Below, piece after piece: positions 37,274-51,270 of a stretch of DNA of 64,000 bases. Position numbers and translations under genes: made by a program. Position 1 is the first letter of the stretch; each line of letters opens with the position of its first letter. The notes under the pieces were generated by a model, which saw only the letters and a list, made by a program, of their open reading frames with translations, was not told the DNA's origin and made no database searches. Origin of the DNA: Octopus sinensis (taxonomy: Eukaryota); assembly GCF_006345805.1 (NCBI RefSeq), contig NC_043007.1:58218001-58282000 (forward strand), read 5' to 3'.

Positions 37274-37484
37274 CATAAAGCCGGTTTCCAGTTCCTGTGG
37301 CATACACATTCTCCCATAGGAGATCAGTTGCAGGAATAGACATTTTTACCAGCTGAGTGGAATAGAGTAACGTGAAATGAAGTATTTTGATCAAGAACAC
37401 AACGCATCACCCAGTCCAAGAATCGAAACCACAATCTTATACTCATGAGTCCAACACCCAGACTATTAAGCCCTGCACCTCCAC
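37274..37484 (-). mobile_element. tRNA SINE family D (head D + tail 2)
   Basis: Minus: GTGGTTTCGATTCTTGGAC B-box-like, GTGTTCTTGATCAAAATACTTCATTTCACGTT central domain, GGAACTGGAAACCGGC tail. Confidence 0.75.
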
Positions 37485-38832
37485 AGAATCAGCGTGAGAA
37501 GGTTATATTCTTCCAATTACTTGTACAATCCACTCGACAAGCTTCTATATAGTTTCCACCTACCCAATTTCATTCACAACGTATGGGTTGATAGGAAGCT
37601 GTAGAAAAACATATTTGAAGTGACCTCCCTAACCATTGGACCATATCCTGCCTAATATGTATGTATATATGTAAATATGCTTCTTGATGTCATTGTATAG
37701 TTGTCTGTGCATTATACATTTTGTGTGTGTGTGTGTGTGTATGTGTGTGTGTATGCGAGAGTCTGTTTTTATGTGTCTGTTGGAGATGCTACTATTTTAT
37801 TTTGTACACAAACGCCTGCGCACACCCACACATTCAAATGATGAAGATAACCGAACAAAATAACATTTCTTCTTCACTCCTGTCAGATTGTTCAGTTCGA
37901 GTGACACTACTGTCTAGTTCAATAGTCTCATATGATGAATAAACATTAACTGAGTTAACCGAAATACGAACCTTGGAACGGTGAATAAAGAATTTTCAGA
38001 TTTGAATTTTCAGTTTTAAATTGAGATCACTACATAATTTGCTTATAGCTCCAGGACACTTAAGACCAAAATTCAATACATTTGCCAAAATTGTCCATTA
38101 AACAGAGCTGCTGCTCAACCAATAGTTATAAAGTTTCAGGTGAATCACGACTAAATAAAAAAACAATACCGTGTAGAACCCTGTAAATTGAAGAAACCAC
38201 AAGAAAATAGCAGCCTTCTTGTAAAAGAATGAAAGAAAATCGACCGAAGGAAAATTGTTAGAAATTTTCAGAACAAAGAATTTCCGTTACCAACTTGCAA
38301 AATATTGAAAAACTTAAATGCCTTTCTTTTGAGGTTCAATAGTCCACTAGGTTTTGTTGTGTCTAGGGAGAGTCATTATGCCAATACAATTAAGATACAC
38401 ACTGGTTCAATTCCACTCCTTTTCTTTATTATTAATCAATTAGTTAAATATCCAGCTCGACACAACAAAATTTATTTCAACACGCGAATTCACATAAAGA
38501 ATCTTGCAAACCAGATACAAAAACAAAGTAATTCTCTGGGTTCTTCGAAGGAAACTCTTGAAGATCAATTTGTTAACTCGGATTCTCATCTCAGCTTAAT
38601 TTTTATACCATACTTATCATACATAAGTATACTAAGGACTTGACAAAAGTCAAGTAACAGTTTCACTTGGTATAAAAGAAATTTCTCATCAAAAATATCT
38701 GAATTTACACTGGAACCCACGTAGATACCAAGCCGAGCCGTTTATCCTACTTGATTGCCAAAGTGTACGTTTATATATGCGTGTCCATACATGTATATGT
38801 CTGTATAAGTGTGTGTGTATGAGAGGGAAGGA

Positions 38833-38874
<42 letters not shown>

Positions 38875-38949
38875 GTGAGTGAGTGAGATCGTATGTGTAC
38901 ATATGCGTATTAATGAGTACGTTCGAATTGATCAATGTATGTGTTAGCT

Positions 38950-39095
38950 GAAGACGGTGAGTTGGCAGAATCGTTAGCACGTCGGGCAAAATGCTTACAG
39001 GTACTTCGTCCGTCTTTACATTTTGAATTCAAAAGCCACCGGGGTCGACTTTGCTTTCATCCTTTCGGGACGAATAAATAAGTATTAGTTGAGCT
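38950..39095 (+). mobile_element. CORE/MIR-like SINE family C
   Basis: GGTGAGTTGGCAGAATCGTTAGCAC...GGGGTCGACTTTGCTTTCATCCTTTCGGG. Confidence 0.8.
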
Positions 39096-39795
39096 GCTGT
39101 TCTCTCTCTTGTGGTTGCTGTTCTTGCTTTATGAAGGCATGTTATCTTTAACTCTTTAGCTGCTGGATTAAACAAGTGAAATTTAATAGTTAAAAGGTTA
39201 ACTTTATATAGAAACTACTCTATAAGAAAAGCACATATTTAATGATATACATTATTTTTCCTGTTTGAGAAGGAAAAAGCTTTTATTTTGTGAAAGAGCA
39301 GAACACACCAAAAAACTGGAATTATAACACACGTTTCTACAATAGAAAAAATACAAAGCATCAACAAGGAAGTTTTGTAGTAGAATACATAGAATTTAAA
39401 ATTAAAATAATGGCTTTTGATATGAAAATAACCGAACTAAAGTATAGAGTAGTGTTTGCCCAGCCTTTGTGACCGAGAGCAGGGGGAGGCGGAAATAGTG
39501 CGAAAGACATGCTCAGGTTTGTCTCACGATACATTGACTTACACAATACAATGGTGACAGTAGACAGTCTCAGGTATTGGCAACAAAATTGACCGCCAAG
39601 TTGTTGTCATCTTTGTAACGCAATATAGGCAAACGATGAGAACGGAACTGATAACAAAAGATATTTCGTTAGGTTTCGCAAGTTCTCATTACAAAAAAAT
39701 TTAATTACTTGTAGGGACAAACGTATATCGTTATGCAACCATAATATACTATCAAGTATATTAAACTCTTTATAAGTCAATTTTGTGTAGTGAAT

Positions 39796-39918
39796 CCAGC
39801 ACTGATTTTGTTACGACGTTTCGTATCAGAATGCGTCTAATGTAAACAACAATACAATTGAGAGGTTGTTTACACAAGACGTATTCGGACAGGAAACGTC
39901 GTAACAAATCAGTGCTGG
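39796..39918. repeat. Palindromic MITE-like hairpin (about 55-bp arms, 14-nt loop)
   Basis: CCAGCACTGATTTTGTTACGACGTTTC...GTAAACAAC / GTTGTTTACAC...GAAACGTCGTAACAAATCAGTGCTGG. Confidence 0.9.
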
Positions 39919-41399
39919 CTATAATTTCTATAGAAAATCTGTAGAGATAACCTTAACGTTTGGTGCAGTGTAAAAAGTCGTTATAATACTTGTGGCAACA
40001 AAAGCTACTTGGATTTCGAAGAAATGGAAAGTCAGAGACCAAAGGAAGCAGTGAAGAGCAACGATATCTAGAAGTCTTAGAGGCTGCTATTTCCCGAGAA
40101 CCACCGGTCGGACCTCCATAAACTGTAGAGGAGATCGCCACATCCACAGTGCCTGAAGCGAACAGGGACGAATACCGCATCCCAGCAGAAAGCCTCCCTC
40201 CAGCCCTTGCTATTTTCTTATGAGGATGGAGAGCGATTGAGTCTAGAGAAGACTGCTAAAGCAACGCAGAAAGAATAAAAGAAGGAACCAAATCAATGTT
40301 AACCCAGCCAGAAGACATCTAGACATGGAGAGAAGTTCTACAACCATGGCAAAAGAATGTAGCATCCTAAAAAAAAGGATGCTAGATCGTTGGAGCTTAC
40401 CCTCTGAGAATCTCTCTACTTTTCAGTTAGCTGATAAAATATTCATACTCTGTTGAACCTGATATTTAGAAATAGTAGAGGTTGAGTCACTTCAGGCTCA
40501 ACAAATCTAAGTTTATGAATGCATTTGGGTGCAGGTATAAGAAGCGGCAGACATTTCATGCTTTTGAAAACATTCTGATTTTATGCACTCATATATCTAT
40601 TTCGTCCTTACTTTGTATCAGAGTTTTAATATGTTCATTGCGTAATATTTTGCTCCTTGTTCCTTTTTTTATGTATTACTTTGTTTTTTCCATTTCCTCA
40701 CCTCTAGAAACCCTACGTCCACGTTTTTCTGTAGCATGTACAAATGGGATTTTGATGGCAACAAAATCATTACAAGTGTTATTGAAATTTTATTAGTGGA
40801 AATTTAACTTTTGCTTTCGTTACCCCCAATTTTACACGTCTTACCATTCACCACTAAGTGTGTATCTTCTCTTTCGTACTGATCTTTAATTTTCTCTTCT
40901 ATATTTGTTGCTGCAGGTGACGTTTTTAGAACGTTGTAAGGTTGAGCTGATGAGTTGTAAACGTACACACACATACAGACACACACGTATCGTATGTATG
41001 TATGCACCTCTTCTTCTTTTAAACTTAGAGTAGACTTTAATTGGCAATCGACTTGGTAGAAAGGAAAGTATTTTGATTTAATTGGCATCCTTTAAATCCT
41101 AAGAAGGCCCTGCAGATTTTTATAGTCCCATATCGTGACCATTTGTGGCATATTAATTTAGGATTTGCAGTCACTCCCCATAATTCCAAGTTTAGCCATA
41201 CTTTTCTCAAGAGGGATTGGTATGCATCTTGTTGCTCCAATATGTATGTATGTATGCATGTATGTATGCATGTATGTATGTATGTATGTATGTATGTATG
41301 CATGTATGTATGTATGTATGTATGTATGTATGTATGTATATGTATGTATGTATGAGTGCGCGCGCGCCCTGCGTATGAACTGAAGCCGCATCTGGTAGT

Positions 41400-41985
41400 G
41401 AGGTTCTGGTTCAGAATTTCTGCGGCTTTGACAAGTGTGGAACCATTTCTTAGCCACTGGGATTCCCTAGTCTAGTCTGAGACAGAGTAGTAACACCTGT
41501 AAGGGCTAACTAGCATGTATGACGACATTCCACCAGAGAGCAAGAATGCAGAAATACCCTTGGCTGGTGTCAGGGCATGCAGTAAAACCACTGGGAATGA
41601 GGGACCCCTCACTGGAGTCCTTCTAAGAGAGGGACACTCTGAGGTAAAAACCTGCGGTTTAACATTATTACTCGTCATATTTCTCTGGCCTGTCGTTAGG
41701 TACAAATCATGGAAACTCAGAAAGTGGTCCTTGTATTGTGCAAGCGTTTATCACTAAAACCTAGAGACATTTGTCGTTCCATTCTACTTCTATGGCAATA
41801 GAAGAATGGCGACATGTGCAAACCTGACCAGGTGAAAGCGCACTGAAGGCTACAATTTTCGTCTGTCACCTATGCTTCAAGCAATGCAGATCCGCAACAG
41901 AACAGAGTAGCCGACTGAGAGATCAAGAACGGAAAGTTTGAAATACCATAGACAAGCACGAAGAGACAGCAATCACCACAATACA
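41400..41985 (+). mobile_element. Probable internally deleted RTE LINE remnant
   Basis: 3' part translates ...EEWRHV...FVCHLCFKQCRSA..QSSRLR, an RTE-type terminal C2H2 remnant. The GC-richer 5' part is only tentatively RTE 5' sequence. Confidence 0.45.
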
Positions 41986-42041
41986 TATACACATTTACAT
42001 ATAGGTATATATATATATATATGTATATGCGCGTGTGTGTG

Positions 42042-42072
<31 letters not shown>

Positions 42073-42568
42073 CGTGTGCATGTATGTATATATGCATATA
42101 TAGTTGGAATTTACAGAAAAACAAAAGACGAGGGCAGGTGCATAAACAACAAAAGAGTATTAGTTTAACGCTCGGGAAGGTGAGAAAGTCCTTTTACATT
42201 TCGAGCCTACGCTCTTCAGCAGAAATGGACACGAGAAAATAAACAGAGAATTAAAAAAAAAGCTTTAGCGGCTAGCAGTCAATCATGGCGGCTGGCTGGA
42301 CAGAGGTGGTTAGACAGGAGAGCTAGGAAGAAGAGGATATAATAAAGTATTGGTGATCCAAAAACGGTGTGCATGCGTGTGTATATGATATATATATATA
42401 TACACATATATATATATCTTAATATCACACACACGCGCATCACATACGTGCGCTCACACACACACCGTTATATATTTATATATACATGTATGTATATAAA
42501 TGTATACATATATATATATGTATATATATATACACATATATATGTATATATATATAGAGAGAGATATA

Positions 42569-42612
<44 letters not shown>

Positions 42613-42688
42613 TCACACACGTGTATGCACATAAATGCAAAACAAAGTGGAAAAATAGTACTGGAATATGAAACATAGAGTAATATGC

Positions 42689-42862
42689 TTTTTTTCTATG
42701 AAAACTGCAAAAATATCGCAACAAAATATTACTCAGAGCTTCACGTTTCCGTTCGTCGGACAATTGTGATTAAGTCTTGATCACAACTGTCCGACGAACG
42801 GAAACGCGAAACTCTGAGTAACAGATTTTGCGTGATATTTTTACAGGTTTAATAAAAAAAAA
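42689..42862. repeat. Palindromic MITE-like hairpin (42-bp core arms 42729-42770 / 42780-42821)
   Basis: TTACTCAGAGCTTCACGTTTCCGTTCGTCGGACAATTGTGAT / ATCACAACTGTCCGACGAACGGAAACGCGAAACTCTGAGTAA, three mismatches; weaker outer arms. Confidence 0.92.
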
Positions 42863-43303
42863 AGTGTGTGTGTGTCTGCGCGTGCGTGTATGTATATATA
42901 TGCATACTATCTCTGCTTCTATAAGAAACGATGACACTGGCAGTGAGGTAAAGAATAAAAGATAAAAAATTATTGACGTAATTTCATACAAGTTCTGGTG
43001 AGTTTATCGATCTCTGTGACACCTCAATTTCGCAAGAAATACCTGGTCTAAGTCTTGTGAGAGGTGTATGTATGAGCAGTACATGTACACATGTCTGTTT
43101 ATATTAGTCTATCTATATATAAGTTTAAGAGAATGTGTGTGTCTGTATATGGATGTATACATATGTATGTAGGTAGGTACGTACGTGTGTATAGAAGTGT
43201 ATATACATACAAATATATCCATAGAGTTGTATAGATATATACCCATATATACACACACACAGATACACACACCACACACATACATACACACGCACACACA
43301 CGC

Positions 43304-43400
<97 letters not shown>

Positions 43401-43689
43401 CATACGAATATTTAGGGTATATTGTTGTAGAATATATTTTAAGTGTGTTTTTATATATTTCTGTTAATTTTACACTTGTTGCAGTCGTTGAAAGGTTTGT
43501 TCGATGTTGGTTGCGTTGAAGATTACAATGATGATATTGATGAAAGTCGTAATATTGCTGATGATGATAGTGATGTTGATGTATGTATGTATATATATAT
43601 ATGTGCATGTATGTACGTGCGTATGTAAGTATGTATGTATGTATGTATGAATGTATGTATGTATGTATGTATGTATGTATGTATGTATG

Positions 43690-43721
<32 letters not shown>

Positions 43722-43815
43722 GTTAATCCAAACATGAAAACACTAAGAGAAAACACAACGCGAGGACGTGGAACAAGTATAGTATTATTGAACGCTCAGG
43801 AAAGAAGAAAGAAGG

Positions 43816-43900
<85 letters not shown>

Positions 43901-44734
43901 AATACAACACAATACATATTTCAAAATAGAAAGAAATAAAACGAAATGTCAAAATTATTAAGAATAACAAACAAAGAAGGGGAAAAAACAACGTAAAAAC
44001 AGACGGGAAGAAGTGGCATAAGATAGAAATATATTTTTCAAAAAGCAGACGACAGGAAGGAAATATAAATAATAAAATAAGGTTTTCGATATCGAAAAAT
44101 AAATTACTACAAATTTTTAAAATGCTAGCATAGTAAATGGGAATAAGAGAGACAAATAGAGAAGTTTAAGAAAAAGTCAGAAAATATGAAAGACGGAAGT
44201 AGTAAGAGAGAAGGAAGAAAAAGAAAGAAAGAAAAGAGATGTATGTTTAAAGAATACTTTACTTCTCTTTCTTTCCGTCTTTCTTCCTTTCTTTCAAGTC
44301 AAATGAAGTGGTAGAGTGTAATGAATTGTGAATTTAATAACAGTAAAACAAACATACACAGAAAGTAACTAGAAAAAGTATGAATAAATTTTTTTAAAAT
44401 TATAAACTGACTTGCATATATCAACACATACCAGTGAAACGTTGTAATACAGTAGCAAAATATAGAAAGGGAGATAAATGCTAGACCTCTGCTTATACAC
44501 AGAACCAAAACCACTGCTTAGTTTATTATATTGGTTTCATATACACGTTGTCATATGTGACGTTTTTCGGGTCCTGTTACTGTTAGTGCTAGTGGCGTTT
44601 TGTCTTTTATTAGGTCTAATAGTTGTTGCTTCATTATAGTCGATTCCCGGGGAAGGTAGTCATTTCAAATCAACAAAACAACAAAGCAGATTTTGCGTAC
44701 ACACACACACAGTCACACACACATAACTGCGAAC

Positions 44735-44979
44735 GTAGCTGTATGGTAAGAAGTTTGCTTCCCAACATCACATGGTTCAGGGTTCACTCCCACTGTGTGG
44801 CACCTTAGGCAGAAGATGGAGCTGGGAAGAAGGGAGAGTGGGAACGTGCCGAGCAATTTCTAATCAACAAAGTACTATAGGCTCGGGCTGACCAAAGCTT
44901 TGTGCGTGGGTTTGCTCGTCGGAAACTGGAAAAAGCCCGTCGTATGTGTATGTATGTATGTATATATATATATACATAT

Positions 44980-45031
<52 letters not shown>

Positions 45032-45070
45032 GGGGGGAATGGTATTTGTCCCATATCATCGCTTGGTAAC
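44735..45070 (+). mobile_element. SINE family A, truncated at junction with R4-type LINE
   Basis: Head, spacer and start of body (TTTGTCCCATATCATCGCTTG), then LINE sequence. Confidence 0.8.
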
Positions 45071-45074
45071 TGAG

Positions 45075-46050
45075 AATTAGACCATCATTTCCAATACAAA
45101 TATCTAGGAATCAACGAAATAGCTAAAATACAACACACAGAAATGAAAGAGAAAATTAGGAGACAAATATTAAACACTGAAATCAGTGCTAAAATTACGA
45201 TAATAGGCATAAACACGCTAGCCATACCAGTCATAAATTACATTTTCGACACCATAAGATCAGTCATTGAGAAACTTAGAAAAGCCAGAAAACTACTAAC
45301 AGCATACCGAAATCACCACCCCAAATCAGACAGAGACAGAATATATCTACCCCGCTCAGAAGGAGGCCGTGGCCTGACACAGAGAACCTAACTAAAAATC
45401 AACAATAGCTCAAAAGCTTTGAACTGGACTAAAAGCAGAAACGGAAGGACTGAAAGGACTGATCCTCGATGCACAAGACCAACGTCTGACCACAAACAAC
45501 TACAAAAGCAAAATGATGAAAACAGGTTGCATTATTTGCAGCCTGTTTTCAGAATGAGACAATTGACCACATCATCTCGGACAATATGACAGTACTATAA
45601 CATAAAGATTAACGAGAGCTGATATAGATATGTTCCAAACAAAGCACATGACAACGACCAGGTCATAATCATTTGAGATATATTTGTTTAAATAAAGAAA
45701 TCAAATCAAAACTAATCACCCAGAGATGATAATCAAAGATTTGAAAAAAATATCACCTACTTATTGATAGAGATTGCAGTTCTTTCTAACCAAAATATTG
45801 CCGAAAAAGAAGAGAAATGTCAAAGTATAAAGATGTCGAAATTGAAGTATTCAAGATGTGGGACATGAAGATGAAAACAATACCATTTGGAGTATTAGGT
45901 ATGATAAAGTATTGGGTGTGAATGGAGTATTGGGTATGACAGAAAATCGTATGATTGAAAATGTAGATGCTATACCTAGACCCTCACTACTACACACTAT
46001 CCAAAAATAGCCCTGCTAGGAACAGCCAACATTCCACGAAAAAAAAAACG
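45075..46050 (+). mobile_element. R4/Dong-type non-LTR retrotransposon 3' fragment (RT end, CCHC, restriction-like endonuclease)
   Basis: YKYLGI; INTLAIPVI.Y; HHPKSDRDRIYLPRSEGGRGL; GLILDAQDQ; C..C...ETIDHIISG; RLE-like LLI.IAV..N.NI..KE.EK..KYKD.EIEV.KMW; IQKIALLGTA.I. Confidence 0.85.
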
Positions 46051-46651
46051 CCATCATTTTAATAGTACAACCCAAATAAAACAATATATAAACACAAGAC
46101 ACACATTATACAGTAAATATGCAATTAAATGAACAACCCCCACAGCTGTCATGGTTTCTGATCTTAACTGATTGGAAGTGTTAACACACTTGTTATGTTT
46201 TATCTTCGTATAAAAGATGGGCTAGAGCAAATATTCCGTTCAATACCCTAGAATTGATTGTCAGTTGTTTGACCTTTGCCAGTTGAGCATATCCCTCAGT
46301 GGCTGACGATGTGAGTATCTCTAATCACAAACAGGAGTAGTGGGTGGACCATCATAGCCATGTATCGAGAGGGATTTTGTTGTTTAAATAGTTCACTCCA
46401 AGAAATATAGGTACTTCGTTAATCATCTTTCAACCTTCTGAGTGGAATGGGCTACCCGACCTGAAGAAAATTCTGACTGGGCTCCACTTGTGAGGTCATA
46501 TCTTGATATGAGATCACTATCTAGTGCACATGTGGTTGTGATGCATGTGCCTGGTGTACCCTTGTGAGATGGGTAGTCGTGATAGTTATATTAGGCTTCA
46601 TATATTTGTACCCCAGTGTCAGTTTTATAGCATGCGCTTCTCCCACACTCA

Positions 46652-46654
<3 letters not shown>

Positions 46655-46730
<76 letters not shown>
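46655..46730. repeat. (TAA)n microsatellite
   Basis: Direct reading. Confidence 0.97.
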
Positions 46731-46733
<3 letters not shown>

Positions 46734-47289
46734 GAGAGGGGCAAAATGATAATAGTAATAAGATTTAGGTGCATTCAGCCACGATCCATTCCTATTCAAA
46801 TTTCCCTTATCATACATATATGCACACAAAACTTCCTCTTCTGTTATACCCCAAGGGAACGTAATAGGACAAGTTTTGAAAGATGTAATACGCTACAGAA
46901 TAAATTCATAGATCTTAGACTGGCATTGGACAGTCAATAGGTATCTTTTAATTAATTAATTTAATTTACACACTGGTTTCTATCATGACATCAAAACGAA
47001 CACCGCTAACATGTCAATAATTTAATATTTTAAGAGGCGTTAATTTAAAAAAAATTAAATGTAATCAATATATTTTCATAAAAGATATATAGTCAAATAT
47101 TGGAAGATAGATAGGCAGATAGAGACTGACCTATGGAACAATGTAAAGAAAGTAAGGTTCCGGCATTTTTCTAAGCCCTTCCTTAAATCTCTAAATGACT
47201 ACATGACCAGCATTAAATAATCACCCAACACACACACCCTCGCGGACAAAACAAAGAACATTTACGAAATAAACACTTCCACACACTCA

Positions 47290-47830
47290 AGACTTCTTAC
47301 TAGTCCCATCACCAAAACATACAAGAAAACCCGTTATTCCACATACAATGACATAAATACAGACGCAAATGGGCTGGCCACCCGCTTTAATATAGAGGAT
47401 CGTTTGGACTGCCTCGTCACGCGACTCCCCCATATTATACTTAAGGACTATAAGCCCAAGTTCCCCTCCGATCTCAAATGCAGACTGATCAACGCCTCTA
47501 AATGTGAGATAGGTATCATTAGCAAATGTATTCTCGATACTATCAAATTCGATATCAGAAGATCTACAAGATTGATTCAATGGAACTCCGCAGTTTCGAG
47601 AATAAATCAGCCTGCAGATTCACCCAGTTCGACATTGTTGACTTCTGCCGTTCCATACCTAAACCCCTCCTTCTGAAAGCCCTAACTTTTACTGAGCAGT
47701 ACGATATCAGAATTACCATGAATGCCAGAAAGCCAATTTTGGTCTACGACTATTCTTTCTGGGTGACGAAAGAAGGCAATCTGTTGTTCGATGTCTCTAT
47801 GGGGAGCTTTGACAGGGCTAAAATCATATA
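47290..47830 (+). mobile_element. Penelope-like RT fragment
   Basis: ILKDYKPKFPSDLKCRLINASKCEIGIISKCILD...QWNS / FDIVDFCRSI..LLLKAL.F...ARK.IL...W.TK.GN.LFDVSMGSFD; ends abruptly at (GATA)n. Confidence 0.88.
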
Positions 47831-47841
47831 GCGAGAAAGGA

Positions 47842-47844
<3 letters not shown>

Positions 47845-47918
<74 letters not shown>

Positions 47919-47923
47919 GAGAT

Positions 47924-48000
<77 letters not shown>

Positions 48001-48013
48001 GTAGGTAGATAGA
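47845..48013. repeat. (GATA)n microsatellite
   Basis: Direct reading. Confidence 0.97.
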
Positions 48014-48734
48014 TAATGTTACTCGTGCAGATGATGCTGGAACATGATAATGGGGTGGCAGTGATAATGCTGGAGGGGGTGTCGATAGCGCCCATGCAAG
48101 TTGTATGTCATGATTGTTACTTCGGTGATGATTCTGTCAGTGTTGTTGGAGAATTACAGGAAGATGACGCCATCATTCAGCAATGGGATAGGAATAAATA
48201 TTTTTTACAGCGTACTCTAGCAAAATAGAGGTACATCATTCGAAGTGCGGAGCCAGTCTATATGAATGTCTGTGTGAGTATTTGTATGTATACGTTTGGT
48301 GTTTATGTGTGCATGTATGTTTTTCATCATATGTAGATATGTGGGTGAATATTTATGTATATGAGTGTGTGTGGGTATACCTCTATATATGTGTATATGT
48401 ATATGTCTATATATGTTTGTGTGTATACGTCTATATATGTGTATGTGCTTGTAAAAGTATGTATGTATGAGTGTGATGTGTAACCGCGTGTATGTGTGTT
48501 GGTGTATGATGATGTTTGTGTATGTATATGTATATTTATTTGTAAGTATGGATGTATATGTGTAATGTGTATGTGTGCGTGTGTGTGTGCGCGCGCGTGT
48601 GTTTCTGTGTCCGTGTATGCTTGCATGGTATCTTCAATATTAAATTGTAATTTCAGACACGCTATGTAAAAAGTGGAAAAACTATATTTTCGCCACTGAA
48701 ATTGAAGATCTAACTTTTTCGCAATCCCCATAAG

Positions 48735-48995
48735 GAGGGGAATTTTTTTCCAAAGTGATTCGTTATCCTTCCCACTTTTCTACTTGACAACACCCCTTTA
48801 ATAAATTGTACGAAGTAAAACTGAATAAAACTCTATCTACAGCGGAAAATCAATAAGTCCGCTCATAAATATGGATGAGTTGAAAATATATGCAAGAAAT
48901 GACAACTAGCACGAGGATCTACCAGAGAAAAATAATAAAGATTCAATTAAACAATTTACATGTACATCGGAATGGGGGAAGGAAATATGTTAAGA
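48735..48995 (+). mobile_element. R4/Dong-type RT core remnant
   Basis: G.FFQSDSLSFPLF..TPL (GIFQGDSLSPLLF-like), INMDELKIYARND (YMDDLKLYA-like), F..YIGM. Confidence 0.65.
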
Positions 48996-49102
48996 TCGCA
49001 TAGATACATGTATATATGAGTGTGGTGGGGTGCGCGTGCGTATATGTGCAAGTTTGACAATGTAGTTTTTTAATGTATGCTATATATAATATATATGTAT
49101 AT

Positions 49103-49167
<65 letters not shown>

Positions 49168-49319
49168 TTGCGTGTAGCTTTTTCTGTGTAGCACACACGT
49201 GCAGAAAGATGAGCTAAATCATTAATTTTACAGGTTTCATAATCTATACTTTAAGTGTATTTATATACATATGTGTGTGTGTGTGTGTGTGTGCGTGTGT
49301 GTGAGTGTGTGTATGTATG

Positions 49320-49386
<67 letters not shown>

Positions 49387-49392
49387 AGTGAT

Positions 49393-49471
<79 letters not shown>

Positions 49472-49987
49472 GTGTGTGAATTATGGCTATGTGAGACGGA
49501 GTATGATACCGTTCATAACCTTTTTGCTGGACCTACACTGAAGGAACTGAGAAACCATGATTTAGAGGGTTATTCTCAGAATAGAAAACTGATCCAAATA
49601 CTTGAAATAGGGTAACCTTCACTTAAAGGTGCCCAGTGGTAGCGTTAAACAGAGTGATGTCTTGAGTTTGCTACGAGCTTTTGTAGTTTTTTTACGTTTA
49701 ACGAAGTATATAGTAAAAACACTGCCTTAAATTACCGTGGAATGAGAATGAACGCGGAGTCAAGTAACTGGAAAGTTAACTACTTAAGCATTGAATAAAT
49801 CGTGCAGCCTAATATAAAGTGAAACTATCAAAATAATACATCACGAATAGATAAATAGATATAATTTCATGATCTTGAAAATTACTATATGTATGAACAT
49901 TTATGAAGGGTTAAGGCAGACACAATTTACAAGATAGATATATGCTTAAATTTATACAAAGAAACACTGCAACGGATTATTTTAGTA

Positions 49988-50950
49988 TTAGCTCGTCAAG
50001 TATGAAATTTGTACTAAGATATATGGTAAACTTTGACTGCTCATTTTGCGCCATTATTATATTTTGACAATCTTTATTTTTTGTGACATAGCTGACACAT
50101 CTATTTGTTTATCCTAACTCAAAGTGCCTGTGAATTATGGTTGTTGTTTGGTGTTAGCAAGCAAAAAATATTGACTCACCTAGTTCAAATCGGTAAAGTG
50201 AGAAAGTTGGATAGGTGGTTTCCACGTGAACTCAATGAAAATCAAAAACTGCAACGTTTGGAAGCCTGCATTATGCTACTTTCTCATCACAAAAATAAAT
50301 AATTTTTGAATAGAATTGTAACATATGAGAAATGAATCCAATACAACAACCGCAAACGTTCAGTGCAATGGTTGGACAGAGATGAGCCACCAAAACACAG
50401 TCCAAAAAGCAAATTTCATCAAAAGAAGCTGATGGTCTGTGTTTGTTGGTCTGGTACAAGTGTGATCCGTTATGATTTCATTAAACCTAGCTCATCAATC
50501 ACGGCCGAAGTATACTGCAGCCAACTGGACCAAATGATGCAGAAACTTACAAAAACAGCTTAGATTAGTCAACAGATCCACTCCTATTTTATTGCAAGAC
50601 AACGCCAGACCACACATTGCAAAAATGCGAAACTACAAGAGTTGGAGTTGGAAGTTCTCCATCATCCACCATACTCACCTGATCTTTCCGCCACTTCTTC
50701 CAGAATTTGGATAACTTTTTGATAGGAAAAAAATTAATTCAGACGATGCAGTAAAACAGGCCTTCCAAGATTTTATTGACTCTAGATTGCTAGGCTTTTA
50801 CAGTTCTGGGCTGGACAAGCTACCGCTGAAATGGCAAAAGTGTATTGACAATATGGGTGCATACTTTGATGAATAAAACTATTCCTTGTATTTATAAAAC
50901 ATTAGCAAACTTTATTTTCTTTTCCACAACTTTCATATTTGACGACCTAA
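49988..50950 (+). mobile_element. Mariner (DD34D-type) element, 5'-internally deleted, both TIRs present
   Basis: TA-TTAGCTCGTCAAGTATGAA / TTCATATTTGACGACCTAA-TA; motifs KLDRWFPREL, RIVT.EK.I.Y.N.KR..QW, KKLMVCVCW, LQDNARPH, HPPYSPDL, G.YFDE*. Confidence 0.92.
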
Positions 50951-51064
50951 TATTTGGAACATGTCATAGGGAAAATATCAAATTAATTAGTCTAAATGTG
51001 TTAACTTTAGGGGTAGGGGTAAAAAAGGTAACAGAGCTGGTTATATATTCGAAACGAACGTCCG

Positions 51065-51270
51065 TAAACAGGCACAAAGCCTGAAATTTTGAGGGAGGGC
51101 ACTAGTCGATTACATCGACCCCAGTATTTTACTAGTACTTGATTTATCGACCCCGAAAGGAGGAAAGGAAAATTTGACCTTAGCAGAATTTAACCACAGA
51201 ACATAAAGGCGGGCGAAATGCCACTAAGTATTTTGCCCGGCGTACTACCGATTCTGGCAGCTAGCCGCCT
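51065..51270 (-). mobile_element. CORE/MIR-like SINE family C
   Basis: GTCGATTACATCGACCCCAGT...TTTATCGACCCCGAAAGG...CTGGCAGCTAGCCGCC. Confidence 0.8.

Noticed and set aside
37930-37970. ATGATGA...TTAAC/GTTAA...CCGAAA hammerhead-like string
   Set aside because: C3 mutated and no stem I or III pairing.
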